NCBI GenBank assembly: GCA_000934665.2
Contig: KZ538559.1
Location: 1 to 62,088, forward strand
Length of the DNA: 62,088 nt
Direction of reading: 5' to 3'
From: Catajapyx aquilonaris
Taxonomy: Eukaryota
Shown piece after piece: positions 1 through 14,137 of the stretch (positions within the stretch are counted from its first letter, which is position 1; each line of letters begins with the position of its first letter). Below the pieces are notes generated by a model. That model had not been told where the DNA came from. It worked only from the letters and a program-made list of their open reading frames with translations, and made no database searches. A program made the position numbers and the translations under genes.

Positions 1-3000
1 CCGCGGGCCTTCCTCTCCCAGCACGCGACCGCAAATGAAGCCGCATTGTCCTACTCCATTATAAGGAGGTCACGCCTTCCCGGAAAATGTTTTCTTGCAG
101 ACATGCTGTGTCGCCTCCGATATATGCCCAGAAACATTCGCGGAAAGCTGGGATGAACAATCTGTCCATGGAACGTAATTTGCGCTTTGACTGTTAGCTA
201 AATTCCGCACCAGTGCAGATAATGAGGCAATTTTTTTTGAATAATTAAAAATCCGGGCCAATCAACTCGGGACAAAAATATGCCGCTAATTTCATTTTAA
301 ATGTGTGCCCACATCAATATGCGGTGCCGCTTTTTTGATGAAGGGGATGTGTCACACATATTCTTTGAGATTATGTATGTGCTTTTTTAAAAAAATCAAT
401 GGCGGTTGAAGCGAAAATTGGAGGCTCTGTCATTCAGGCATAAATTTTTTGGTCTCTAATTAAAGAATGTGGCAGCATGGAAATTAGTGGATGGATTTCC
501 TCAGATACAGCCAATTAATAAGCTGAACATCAAATTAAGCTTCATTATGCTGCGAAGGTAACTTGGGCGTGAACCTACAAAATAATGGGGCCTCGCTGAG
601 ACACACAGAAACTCCTGCATCAAGTCCTGACAACAGGACAACAGCATTAATGAATCGCGAGGTTGCTCTGCACTCTAGCCCTGGTGGCTTCTCCTGTAAA
701 TATTAGACATCATTTGCAATAAGTTGCGTCGTAGTACTTGCACTATACGCATGTTTCCATGGAACTTGGGCGACACAAAGTTTCAAGTGGTTTAATTAAG
801 TGCCCCATTTGCCCAATTTTGCACTACCACACTATTCAACTGCACAGGCAGTTAGGCTGAACTTCTGGGCTTTGTACAAGTATATGGATTACTCTGTATG
901 TTGTAGGAATATTTTTTGGGTTATTATTTTTATGTTTTATTTTGCTATAATTTGTTGATGTCTTACTGGTCCTATTTTACAATCATTAAGAAAACCATAA
1001 TTACACAAATTGTTGCCGAGTCGCTTTCCCGAATTTGAACACTCTTCTGCACTGCAACGTAGTAAACATGCAGTACAGTACATAACAATAATACAAATGT
1101 ACAGGGACAGGATTTTCCCTGTCCATTCACCTTACCCTATCATTTCACACTAAATCAAAAATCGGGTCCCCTGCATATTAACAATTCCATACACACTAAT
1201 TCGCACAAATCCACCGAATTCACGGCTTACCCCGATATCTCATTAGCAGCCCCCCCGACTCTGAAACCATCCAACGATGAAGCAAGCCCCTCGCAACGAC
1301 ACGAGCACAAAAATCCTTGGGAACCCGCCTCAACTCAACCAAACTCGCAAAAAGCCTTCTTCCGGAGGGCAGGACACCGGTCAACCACTAATCCGGCATT
1401 TAAAAAACCGTGCCTATAAGTCCGGATTCAAAAAAATGAGATTCTGTCTCTCCCTCCCCACCCTCCAAAAGCTAAGCCTCCATGATAGGAAAAGGGTGGG
1501 TCCGGCTCACTAAAATACCTCCATTTCCTCCGATGGCTGGGGAAAACCAGGTTATTAAGCCCAGGCATTACGCGTATGCAAAGGATGGTGCAGTATACAG
1601 AGAGAGAGCGGGTGCAAAAGCGGCCATCCGGCAACCCGACTTGGCAATGAAAACGAGAGAGGAGACGCCGACGACGCCATCATACAACTGCCTGAATGTG
1701 CGGGAGGGAAAAGCGTCCCGGAGATATGTCGTCGGAGGGTAGGGTGTAATTAGAAAGAGAGGGGAGGGGGGGAGGCATGAAAAGTGGTCGGTGGCTTGTT
1801 TTAATTGGGGGTCCTTAACGCTGTGGTCATACACAATTAATCTGTTTTGTTGGTCCGCGGGTGTCGCTTGGGACCAGATTAGAACACATGAAACCAGTGC
1901 GCGGAGGGCGTAATCGGAAGGAAATGGTTGAGTGGAGGCGTGTTTGAGTTTCATTTGTCCACTTTTTTTTGTCTGATGATTTAGGGATAGGAGGAGGGAT
2001 TGTGCTGGTCATTATTGGCCACGGATTAGCGTTTACAATAAAATTAGGGATGCAGTATCATCGGGGTTGTTTGAACAGCTCGGTTGCAAAAATTTAGTGC
2101 GGCTCAAAAATGCGAAAAATTGGTGACACACTCCCGATAGCACCGTGTAGACATGCTGCTGTAAAATTTGAATACCAAATGTGATGGGAAGTAATTCATA
2201 ATCAGATATTCTTTAATATACTTTCTTCGTTTTTTACTTTCATTTGTCATTATAGTTGCAATTCGTTCTAAAATATCCAACTAGACAGTCATTTCCTTCA
2301 CATCACACGAATGCTGGTGTCACTCGTTTCAAAACAAACTTCCAACCAAAGTAACTGAACACTATCTTCTTCCTTTGTGCACATGAACTAACTATCAGTG
2401 TGGCTTTCAACTTTCAAATGATTTTACGATGAAAAGATACAGTAGGAACCACCTGGCCTATACCTCATTACTGGCACGATTCGTTTATTACATCCTGGCA
2501 TTCCTATATGAAACCAGCCAATACGAATTTGTATCGCACACCGCACAAGTGAAAATTGCGTTCACATATGAAGCCAGTAGGAGCGTTCTTTCAACATATT
2601 CGGGGTGCACACTGCACAGTCCCACAAAAATGCAGCGGGAGAAAGGCGGAACATGTATATAGGGTCTAACACACGAAGTACAAAGTCAAAGGCAAATTTG
2701 CACTCGGTCTCGGCCAGTGCATTATGCAATTTACGAGCGTATAGGAATGCGGGGAAGTACATATCGGCTCCGCACAGAAACCAAGAATGCATGAATGGGA
2801 ACTGAGGATTTCGTAGACGAGCAGGCGTTTGGAATGGCCAAGATTGACCTTTCCTTTAGAAAAAAAATTGCACGTTCTCAATTTACATGCATTTATAGGC
2901 ATAATTATAGAGTAAGTTATAGTAGGCAGAAGACCACTAACAATGATGATTTTTGGTTTACTTGTATTTACACCAGTATTTTTTGCTGTCATCTGATGAA

Positions 3001-3345
3001 GTCCATGTATAGTACTAAATATTCATAATGAGCCAGCAAACCAGAATTTGCTTTCTTCACTAGCACGAAAACTTTTCCGTCGATTATCTCGAAACTGTTT
3101 CGTTGGACTTTGTGGAGTTCTCCACGATATTGTACTGTACATGGTATATATTTCTATATTTCTTTGAACGTCCACACTGATTTAGCCTCAGTGCTTACGG
3201 CAAATCTCGTGTGGGCTCAACTTGTCCACTTGTGATAAAAGCAAAGGGAATTATGTGGAAATGAAACTGTTATCATCCGAATTCCAATACAAGTCTCTTG
3301 GACCCGCTTCAAGCGGAATGGCCTACTTCGCTTTCCTCTATTGAT

Positions 3346-3480
3346 CCCCCCCAACCCCCACCCACCTCTTCCCTCCCCCTTCCCCCTCAGCCCTTGCTTA
3401 ACTCCCCACCCACCCACCCACCCACCCACTTCTCCACTCCTTTCTCTCTAACTCCTAATCTCCTCATACTCCTTTCTCTC
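3346..3480. repeat. C-rich, pyrimidine-rich low-complexity tract including (CCCA)n
   Basis: Many C runs, then a CCCA tandem run at about 3405-3428. G-rich on the transcribed minus strand. Confidence 0.85.
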
Positions 3481-6400
3481 AGCCGGCAACGCCATCTTAT
3501 CACAATCTTATCCAACCGTTACTTTCACACCTGAGTTACGCTGTTTCGCAAATATGCCAAAGTGATATACGATATTTAAAGTATGCATCGCAGATATTAA
3601 ATAACGAGCGTTCTCATGGTACGCTGATGAACCACATGGGTTACAATATGAAGCAATCACAATGAGCCATTAGAGTAGCAAGTGAATACACAGTAATAAC
3701 AATAACGCAATAATTAGCCTTTGTTGGAAAGCATGTATAGGCTGCATCTGTAAATATACCACATAAATTGATGCATATTATAATTTAATTAGCTTGTGAA
3801 TAATGATGTTTCGTGCCTGTTAACGAGGTCATTTTGATGTCCTTCGATTGGGAGTACAGATGTAGAACAACACAGTCACATATGTACAAACCTTAAGGGG
3901 CAAAACACGGAAAAGCAATGTACGTGCTAGAAAATGTCTCTCTCTCCAGTTTTTTCCCTTCCATTTTATTATCCGTCACAAAAAGTCAGACATCATCAAC
4001 ACGCTTCATGTCACATAGGATCTGATCAATGAACCGGGAGGATAACCAGCACGTTATTTTTAGCCGCCATAGCCCCGGGTACACAACCCGGACGTCCCCA
4101 CGTAATATCACTACCAAACCCCAGTGATTGACGCCAATAAACGCCGGAACAATCAGAAAACATAATTATTGCAGATTGAAAATAGATTCTCCCTGCAATA
4201 ACTGGATCGAGGTCCCCAACCTGCGATTTATCACACTGAAACATGTCAGTCAGTACAGCGCACTATTTTAATATTGTGTTCACATCACATAAGTGAAATC
4301 TTTCCTCGGGCAAAATATTAATCCATATTGTCCCATATTTTTTGTCTAAATATGTGTCTAACCATGCATGCAAGTCAACCCCCGTCACATGTGTGGGCAA
4401 CCGTGTCTTTAATCCTAACCAATAGCCCTGGCGCGTCGGTGTGGGTACAAAAGCCTGGGGTTGCTACCCACCCCCCAGTTCAGCATCAGCCCAACGGTAT
4501 GATAAAGTGTAGTCATTTACCTAATCCCATGATAGGGTCCGTATGCAAATGCAACGCCTGGCCTTCCGCATCGTTGGCGCTACATGAGCCTTACTTTCTC
4601 CAAGTTTGACACGAGCTTAGCTACGCATCGCTGCCTTCGGCTACTGTAAACTTAAATGCAGCTCAGCCCTTGGGATTGTGATGGTGGGAAAGTGGGAGAG
4701 ATATAAAGCGACCACAGCTAAGCAACTTTGAATTGGAAAAAGGGTTAAAGTCATGCGATATATTATTTTTTGTCTTGATTACGCACACAAAAGGGACGGA
4801 CTTAAAATTAAGATATATCTGGGTTACATGTACTGAAAAATGGTAATTTATTGAAACTACTTGTAGCACGTAATATTCAGTGTGTTAAATTTGCATAGTA
4901 CGTTACTGGGTCATATGGTCAAAATATGATTAAATAGCCTTTCCTCTGAGTTGCTCAAAACCTTATCGATTTCATGCAGAAAACAGAGGCCGGAATTTTT
5001 GCAGGTGTTGGACATGACTTCACCTTTCTTGCTTCACAATTGACTACTTAACCTCGTCGTGGTGCACGCAACATTTCGCTTAAACTGCACTACCAGATGC
5101 TAATTATTAATGAGGTGGACTGGATGGTTGAATTTTTTTTTTGCTTTTCCCGGACATGTTTTTGGGGGTTGTTCGAAGCAGGATGATTCATATCCATACG
5201 CATCAATTTCGATTAGACCTCCGTCAGTTGTCTGTCCCGGTCCGGGAAATGAACGTATAAGTTCTCCCCAAAATCGATCGGGAGGAGATAGCAGCAACTT
5301 TCGGCCTACCATTCATCAAACTCAACTTAAGAAAGGAAACAAGCCATTCTTCAGAGACCGGTGAAGGTTTTCGTGATGACAACCGAGATGTTTCCACGCA
5401 CGTGGGCCAAAAATCCCCCCCTCAACTACACGAATCATCTTTTCCCCCCCGTCTTCCTTGGGTAAAAAAAGCCTATGAAATCGATGCTCCGAAAAACTTC
5501 TTCGGGTAAGTACAGGTTTACCATCACCGCGTTCTATAGACGCACTTCAGCCGCCCCCATAATAACCTGCACAGTGGGAAAGATTGATAAATGAGGCTGT
5601 CGGTGGGCTTGCCTTGGGACGCATGCACGCAATTCCCTATTCTTCCCCTCTTTATCTTCCTGACAGCAAAGGGAGACCCCAGCAAATAGAGATGGAATTG
5701 TGTGCTGCGGCTCCTGATATTTTCTGACATTCTAATAAAAGACCCAACATTCAATCAAACGTAATCCTCGTATATATGTGTGGAGAAGCAGAGGTCGACA
5801 TTCCCACAGTTTTTTTTTTCTTCTTCTCCTATCTTCTTGAGTCAGTGAACTACAGTGCACCCACCCAAAATCCACCTCTTCCCCATCCAATTAGCAACCG
5901 GGGATTGTATTCACGCCGGTGCTAACCAAGTTAGAGGCTTCTCAGGCCGCCGCTGGGGGAAATCCGGGCGTGCTAATGGATGCGGGGGAGATGGGGGCTG
6001 GGAATGGTGGAGTCTGCTCCTCTGGGGGAACCTGAGACGAAATGGGATGGGATGGAATGAGATGGGCGATGCCCAAAAATATTTCAGGTCAGGAATTGCC
6101 TCATAAGCCGGACAGCACGATCCCTCAACTGGACACTCCCCATTTTTGGTAACAAATAGTGGTGACAATGCGTGACTGTACCAGCTGCCTTGATGGTAAT
6201 GTCGGGGCCAATTAGTCCAGAGGTTTTTCCCCCCTCCTCAGTTCCAAGAAAGTCGGAGAAATGGAGTGGAGAGGGTGGGGGCCTGGCAATTCTTCCCTTG
6301 AGATCAATTAAAGGGGATCGTAATCTGAGAGAAGGGCAGTCGGAGCTCGTTATAAAAATGCGCGTCTAACGCTGGGCGAGTCAGGAATTACTGGGCGTAT

Positions 6401-7013
6401 GGCGTGGTTCAAGTGTCGCTTGAAATTTAATACCCCAGAGGAATTGCCCTGTCAGACCAGAAGTTAGCCTTATGCATTAATTAGCGCCAATAATTGAGCA
6501 TCATGCTCAGAAAAATGGCCCCAATCTTTCTGCAGTTTGCTTAGAGGCAAATTAATAAATAAATACCATGCTGCCAATGGTGGTATGAACGTGTCTTGCA
6601 GCAAAGAATATTTTTAAAAGGTTTGTCCTGTACGAGTATACATTCCTTTTACACTGTATATTGTGAAACTAGTATTATCCGGAATAACCGAAAGAAAAAT
6701 CCACAAAGCTCAAAAATGGCCTAAAATGTATGTCATGTACTACGTTCGCATTATCCGAGAGAAGTGGGTGTAACAACACAAAAAAATTCTGGCCCGCTTC
6801 CGATCGTGTGAACCCAATATTATTATGTGAGTTTTAGACCAAAATCACTCCGGCAAAGCGTGCAAAACATGTCATGTACTCTCATTGTTGCAATTGGCAC
6901 TGTCCAAAAACCGATCAATTTCCACAAGCCGTAATTCCCCCTGTAATCCACCACGTCATCACAGATCTACCCTTGGGAATGCAATTATTCACATGCGTTG
7001 CCCCCCCCCCCCC

Positions 7014-7023
7014 NNNNNNNNNN
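7014..7023. other. Assembly gap (N10) inside a poly-C tract
   Basis: Ten Ns flanked by C homopolymers. The true length is unknown. Single Ns also occur at 26895 and 28845. Confidence 0.98.
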
Positions 7024-9087
7024 CCCCCCCCCTGCAAAGCACGGTCGATAATAAAATAAGTGCCGAAAATTGGCCAGAATATGATCTGCATGCAGTATGT
7101 AAGTGACGTGTTAATTATATAAAACCTGAGAAGAAACGGGGCGGAACTACATGTTTATATTGTCAGTCAAAAAGGGCTTGGTTTCGTATAGAACACAGTG
7201 TAGCACGGATTTTGGCCTACATTTCTATTCACAGGGGGAAAACAGGCTCGGATTAAATTACTGTAAGAACCTTTAAAAAGCCTTTTTGGCAAGGAGAATG
7301 TCTCTGTAAAAGGGCTTTCCCGCTGCTCTTTACCATTGCCATAATTATTTGAAGACGCCTATTAATGGCGTGCAACGGACTAAAACCTTTTCAGGGGGCC
7401 TGGTATGGAATGGATCGTAAGAGATACGGCGGATACACAGTGTAGCCAAATGAAGTGCTCGCTGAAGGAAGATGGCATCATAAGGCCTCCCCCAATATTA
7501 TGAAGGTCTGCTCTTACTTTCTCATCCTTCATTAAGGGCTCCGTGTGGAAGAAAACGTGACTTCAATTTATGGAATTAAAACCCGGGTTCGTACCTAGCA
7601 TTAAGACCTGTTCAGCGTCTTTCCCAAGACTGGCAGTGTGTGGCAAAATGGGGGAGCGATAGGATACTAGGACATCCCGAGGGATTAAAAACTCATCATT
7701 TGCAGGCAGCCAGGAGAGGAGGGAGAGGGGATTCTCCTCAATATGGCATGATGGAACGGAGTTTCAAAAGCACGTCCTCTGGGCTCCACTCAAGAAAGTC
7801 GCCGCTTCGAATTCTGAACGAGAAAGGATGTCACTAGGGAGCTACAGTGTGCAAGTAGAGGACAATTATTACTGCTCACAGTGTGTGTACACAACTGCTT
7901 GCTTTGGAGATGAACTGGTTTTCTTTCTAATTTTGATAAGAGGTGGTGTGAATTTACCAGGAGCTGCATATACACATTGAAACTGCCTGATCACTTTTTT
8001 TTATACTTCTGCTCCACCTCCCCACTTTGGAATCGGGTTTCTCCTAGAAACTCCACCGATTCTGCACTCCAGCACTTGCGATGCAAATCAGGGAGAGACA
8101 AAGTTCCACCTTCCACCAGCACAAAAAAATAACGCGAGTTCTTCTCCTCCAGACACGGTAAGCATCGGAATCGACGGATCCAATCTCTCAGAAACTTATG
8201 CCCCGATATGTGCAATCCGCAAAACGTCAGATCCTTCCAACCTTTGAATCCGCACGGTTTTGATTGGGTGTCTGCTGTGTATGCGGCAACGAAAGTTTGG
8301 AGCAGACTTTACCAAGAAGGAGCACCTCTTGGAGTAACTAACCCCCACTTTGTACACGCCTTACAATTACAGCTTATAACCCGGCACCGGTGTCAAAAGA
8401 ACCCTATCCAAAACTTGCCTATTGTGATACCCTGAAAAGCGGTGTCTGTGCAAGGTGCAGAGTGGCACAAAAGCACCAGCACCAGGAGTACAAGGTGCCC
8501 CCATCCGACCAAAGTCGCCTGGATCTACTGCCCTCAAACTCATGTCTATTCATCCATTGTGGAGTTGGAGGGGGGTATAGGCAGAGGGTAACCCGCAATC
8601 CGAAAGGGGGAAAGAGGGGTGTGGGCTAAAACCGCTTGTCGGCCTCGGTTCCATGGATATGGACACACGGCGCTCTCCGGGGTTCGGGGGTCAGCAGCGT
8701 GACGGAGGTAAAAAGCCTACTTGATTTTTCATCTCCATCCGCGTAATGGAGTGCGGATTCCCGGACAAAAGCTGGAGTAAGGCGCGTTCCAGTCGTCGGT
8801 TACTAAGAGAGGGAAAGCGGGTAAGGCCTCTCCCTTCAAACTTGCCAAGCAATGATTTTCTTCCTCTCAAGCTCAGATTCCTCTCATCCGCAAGCGACTA
8901 TTATGTGCCCAATTTTTTTTTCTCCTTTCCTTGGCCTCGTAAGTAACAAGTTTAAGTTGAGCTCGGTTTCGAACACAGCCTCAGAAACCTTTCCATCGCG
9001 GGATACCCAATTGACTTATCCCACTTAATTTACGACCTGCGAGTGACAGGGGGTTACACCTCCAGCTATCGCATTGCGGATATTCTG

Positions 9088-9251
9088 TCACTGCTACGGT
9101 TGTAATAACATGTAACAGATACCGCTACAAATCACTGCTATTTTAACAGCAATCATTGTTAGCCGAAAATCGCCGACTCGCTGATGATAACAGTTACAAT
9201 AGCGTATAACTGCTATTAATCACTGCTACTTTTAGCAACAATCACTGTTAG
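9088..9251 (-). repeat. Degenerate cluster of ATCACTGCTA motifs (reverse complement of the 32.9-kb minisatellite core)
   Basis: TCACTGCTA 9088, ATCACTGCTATTTT 9131, ATAACTGCTA 9206, ATCACTGCTA 9219, ATCACTGTTA 9241. Segment 9130-9162 resembles 9218-9251. Confidence 0.7.
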
Positions 9252-9303
9252 TATCAAATCAGCCCTAGTTTTATAGAAGTGAGGACAGTGAGTGTGTACT
9301 TAC

Positions 9304-9514
9304 CAACCACGTTGAGATGGATGTAATGACTCATGTGCGGCGTTGTGCTGATCTGGCACTCGTAGATGCCCGAGTCCCTGTGCTGGGGGTACTTGATCAT
9401 GAGCGTCCAGTCCTCGGAGTGAGGCTGGTGGATGGCACGGAAGCGTTGATCACTCGTGTACGTGTACCGACCAACCGTTAGCAAGTGGATGTCGCGATGT
9501 CTGATCCACGACAC
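9304..9514 (-). CDS. dpr9: Coding exon of a Dpr-family IgSF gene, second part of Ig1 (VSWIRHRDIHLLTVGRYTYTSDQRF...DSGIYECQISTTPHMSHYIHLNVV)
   Basis: The translation carries the Dpr Ig1 signatures SWxRHRDxHxLTVG, YTSDQRF, WTLxIK and DSGxYECQ. Acceptor on minus is CTAAC...TCTTTGCCTTTTCGACCCAG|GTG, with the branch point at 9547-9543. Donor is GTG GTT G|GTAAGT. The exon is 211 nt (70 codons + 1), phase 0 in and phase 1 out. Family call is firm; the dpr9 orthology rests on recalled similarity to the fly protein and is less certain. Confidence 0.95.
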
Positions 9515-9609
9515 CTGGGTCGAAAAGGCAAAGATTCGCACGGTTAGAAAACGCTGTCGAATTCACATTCACACAACAACACATAAGGGGACTAATCTAC
9601 ACGTCATAC

Positions 9610-9622
9610 TACAGGGTGTTCC
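9610..9622 (+). mobile_element. Possible solo Tc1/mariner-like terminus (TACAGGGTGTTCC)
   Basis: TA followed by the CAGGGTG terminal motif. No partner end was found nearby. Confidence 0.2.
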
Positions 9623-9750
9623 TTTCCTTAAATTCAACCCAGACTTTCAATCCGATAAGGGCGAGACTTTTACTCAATACGACCAATTCAGCTGACATCG
9701 TTGGCGCTTCCAACAAACTTTTACAACTTTTTGGGAACTGCCCATCTTTT

Positions 9751-9768
9751 TTCTTCTTCTTCTTCTTC
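9751..9768. repeat. (TTC)6 microsatellite
   Basis: Read directly. Confidence 0.9.
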
Positions 9769-12700
9769 TTTTCCTCCCTTTTTCTTTCTATCTCCAAAGA
9801 TCCACTCAGAAAGACGCTGATCCGTGCCAAAACAACGACCTACACATGCCAAGAGCGGGGGGTAGTCATTTTGATGAAAGTCTGTCGTGACGCAAGGTGA
9901 AGGCTTGGTGATTGTGATTCGATTCCAACAATGGTAATCACCACCCCTGTGCGCCATCAAGGGACGAAGGGTGGTGAGAGTAGGGTGGGGGTTTTGCTGC
10001 TGTTTCCCCCCTTGGCCCACCCAACGTTCCTCGCATTTGGTTTCGATCACATCGAGCCATGTGGCAAAGGCCCTTGGGGACAGATTGCCTGCCAGTTTAA
10101 CAACAATTTTCATTTGGTCCCTGGGGCGCTTCCCCTGCGCCGTCCGAATATTTTCCTGCAAAAATACACCGCCACAAACGTGTGGCCTCCACTCTCTTGG
10201 GGCTCATGACACATGGAAAACCAAGCCACCCGACTGCAGTATTATGTACCTGTCGTGTGCTGCTAACCTAAGTGGTGGCAAAGCAAACTCGTTCATTCGG
10301 GCCCCTGACTCGGTTTCCAAATTGTGGTTCGCACTTTTATGCTGCCAGTTGAAACTGAAAAATGCTGGAAATGCGACATGTCTCAGACGCGTTTAAATTT
10401 GAATCAACGAAGTTAGTCTCATAAAGGCGAGGTAGGTAACAATATTGATGCAGCCACCCTTAATCACCGCAAATTGACTGTTGACTCAGTGTCAGCCTCG
10501 TTCACGTTAATGTCAATAATTGCTCCCAATGTCGCTTTATTTGAGAAGAGTCAAGAGCAGTATCGTGATGACAGTCAGGTCGATAACGATGCAGTTACTT
10601 TGGGTCTGTTAGCATTGTAGTGTGTGTGGGGGAAATAATTACATATTTTTGTATTCAACACCTAGGAGTTGGTGTGGTGTCGACAGTTTGTTTCGTTGTA
10701 CATGTGGCGCAAACATTCGTTGAGCAAACATAATTTCAGAAATTGGTCGGGGACTCCTGAACAACAATTTCGTTTCCTGTTTTCAGCTTGTTTCCTAGAA
10801 ATATGCATCGATCCCAAACGCTTCTTCGAATAAGCTCGAATATTTTGTACTCGTATTGAACGCAAACCAGCAAACGATAATTAAAATAACAAGGTCTGCC
10901 AGCAACGGAATGCTAATGTCCAGTGCACCACCAACAGTTGTAAATAAAACATCATTACCCTCTGCGTGTGCCAAACCCTGCAAGTAGTGCTTGGGGCAAT
11001 TATGAATATTTATTTATTTATTTATTATATATATTTATTGAACACACATTGATATGGCAGAGCCCTCTTGGGGGGACGGACACATTTTAATATATTGTGG
11101 ACAAAATAATTATTGTGTGTCCAAATCGAGCATCATTGGTATGGCCATACTTAAACCAGTACCCCACACAATAAGGCTCATCCGGCATAAATAAAATTAA
11201 GCCAACAGAATATTTAAAATGCATGGCGAGAATATCTCCTTATTTCATTAAGGATGCGTGGAAGCTGCGGGAAACGGTGCAATAACCCCCTCCCCCCCCT
11301 TGGTCCCCCGCCTTCCCCCACTTTTCTCCCTTCATGCTCAGCATACTCATTCCATCACGCCATTTCAGAAGTGCCTCCTCATTCTCCAAGAAAAGAAAAG
11401 GGGCGGTCCGTCACAATTTACAAACCAGCCGGAGAAATTGTTTCAAAATGTTTTTCACTTCAATTTTCTCCGGCTTGGCAAACTTCGGAAAGTGGGGGAA
11501 GGAAGGAAGGAAGGGGGGAATGAGGGAGTTGAAAGGCGTGAGTGGAGAACTGCTGCAACACAACAAGCAGCGGAATAAATTGGAATTAGCGGCCGGCGTG
11601 GATTATGGAATAGATAATGAACATAGACTTGCCCGTCGTCTGTTTTGTTGCTCAAAGGAATGCAAAATAGTCCTTGACGTTTTATTATGGTTTTTTTTCC
11701 AGCGCAAAAAAACAACTTATTAATTCCGGCTCGGTCCGCGTTTGATTCCAGGAATGATCAAAACTTAATTTTTCGATCAGCACAGAGACTCAGTTATGCG
11801 GATTTGGCGAGTAACTTTTTCATCTCCGTCGTTACATGACCGATTATTTCAAAAATGGAAATGAAATTGGTCCGGCCTAAACGTACAAAGTAACATTAAT
11901 ATTTCAATATACTGTAGTGGGCCCCGCAGCCCTGTTGTTTAATCGCGCACTAAACCGCGGATTGGAATTACCGAATTTTGCACTCCAGACCTCATTTTGC
12001 CTATTGGCGCGCAAGATTACTCATTGCGTCCATGTCAATATCTCTTCAGGTACGATGCACATCAAAATGGGAAAACATACGCAGGGTGGTGCACTGCATT
12101 CAAAATATTCCATTTGTTGAACCATTTCTAGTTGTTTTTAGGTGCTATACGCATTGTGTTTGGACATGAGATGAAACACAGAAAAAAAGACGCAATCTCC
12201 TTTTCGAGACTCTGAATCCGTCTCGCCCATGGGAGTCGGCTTAAGCACCCACTTCAGCTGCGATTCCTTGCCCCGACAACCCCTTTTCAACGATCCATCC
12301 TGTTTCAGCAATGCTTTTTTCCTTGATGTGCAACCATCATGCACCTGCTTGCTTGTTTTTTCACGCACAGTGTTGGGACAACAGAGGCTTCCTTCCACAA
12401 GAATGCAGGGTGTATCGACCTTTTGGAGAAGGGACGAGTAAGCGTTCTGGATGCATTTACATACTAGAGGAGACTAGATAGAGGGTAGATATGGGTGTGC
12501 GCAGAGAGGCAAGGCGGCAGGCAGCGCCGCTCTGATGAGCAAGTCGATAAACTCAGACGTTATAAAGGGAAGGGGGTAGCCAGTATTTGGGAGGAAAGGT
12601 GTTGTGCACATCACATAATGTAACTTTACAGTCATTAGTGGTAGCATCGAAATTATTGATGAATTAAACATATCAACATACATTTCATGTTAAAATTCAG

Positions 12701-14137
12701 TTTATATGCAGTTGTGAAATTAATGCTGCTGGCCATTGATGTAAGCACCACTCCTGACTAATTACCCATCCTCGTTTATAACCACATAGATTCTCTCTCA
12801 AGTATTCCCCGCTCTGCATAAGTACCCGCCAATTCTGCAATATTCTCGTCTCACTCTTCAATATTACAGTCGGTTTCGCCAATAATCCATATACGGTATA
12901 GCTCTGTTGATTACCTTAATAGGTGTTTGTCACTGAGCTTAGTACCTTACGTTTCAAAAATTTCTCACAAATTTTCAAAAGCATCGTTTATACAAAATAA
13001 TGACAATACGTCTAATCACCTCTGGGATATTTCAGTCCCTGAGATTTCAAGAGTTATTATAGATTCGTGAATGATTACTGGGGAACTCACACAGTAGTGC
13101 ACCTGGCGGATTACATATAGTTATTACATGCACTGTAATAAGCCACATGAATTACAGTTTGCTTATTATTCATTTTTACGCCGGTTGCGCCAAGTCGTAA
13201 ATATTATTCATAACCACCTTGTTACATTACGCTCTGCAATACACGTACTGGATTAATCTGACCAGACGCAATGGTTACTGACCATTTAAATTATTCATAC
13301 CCGAAGCCCATTCAATGCATGTAGTAGAGAACCTAACTCATTTTTTCCTTGCCAAAAAATGAGGCCACCGTCGTCGAGGGCTAGGATGGACTGGTGGAGG
13401 TGGGGACACACCCCATGGCCCTGACTGGGACTGAGCGTTATGCGGCACGACGACGTGAGGCTCCAGGAATAATTCGTACCACGTCTTATTCATATATGTT
13501 GTACATGCACGTGCATGGAGAGAGGAAAAGTGGTGTGAGAAGAATCCCTGGAGTTCTATTTGAGGATTTTTATGAGATCTTTCAATGGCAGCGTTCCGGC
13601 GAGTATTCCAGGCCCGCCTGGTCATATCGAGGCGAGATTCCCGACCAGAATACCTAATGTCACCCTAACCCCTCCTCCCATAACCCACCTCCCAAATCAA
13701 TATTCCTTCATCTCTTTTTCGAGCCGGACATTCGGAGAACATCAGGCCGAGGGGGAGATAAAGCAAGTGCAAAAACATTAACGGACTTCAACCCCCCCCC
13801 CCCACCTCTCAATGGGGAATAGCAGTGGGAGGGGTCCTCTCCATAGACTGATCGAGAAAAGATTGAGGGCAAAAAGGGTCATTTCCAGGACTCCTTCCTA
13901 TTACGACCTGGAATATTTTACGACTCGTCCTGCGGGAGATGAGACCAAAAAAATGGGGAAGGAGGAAAAAAGAGAAAAAGAATCACATGTCAGTGCTATT
14001 AAGGACTAAAAGCAGCTGAGGTAGCACTAAATCGGATTTCTAGGGGAGGCATATAATATCCCTCTGGACAATTGCTTTACGGAAAAGCGTGATCTTTGCT
14101 AAGGACTCCAAGTATTTTTTTAGTTCTTGCGGGGCAG

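Larger units (their letters stand above)
1..9303 (-). other. Intron downstream of Ig1 (starts GTAAGT at 9303 and probably runs beyond the window)
   Basis: Canonical donor at 9303. I found no Dpr Ig2 motifs (e.g. GSTINLTC, INYDSPRGG) by eye or in the ORF track for 1..9303. Confidence 0.7.

Noticed and set aside
5518..5595. Acceptor-like and donor-like pair as a possible next dpr exon
   Set aside because: Stop codons in all three frames and no Ig2 motif.
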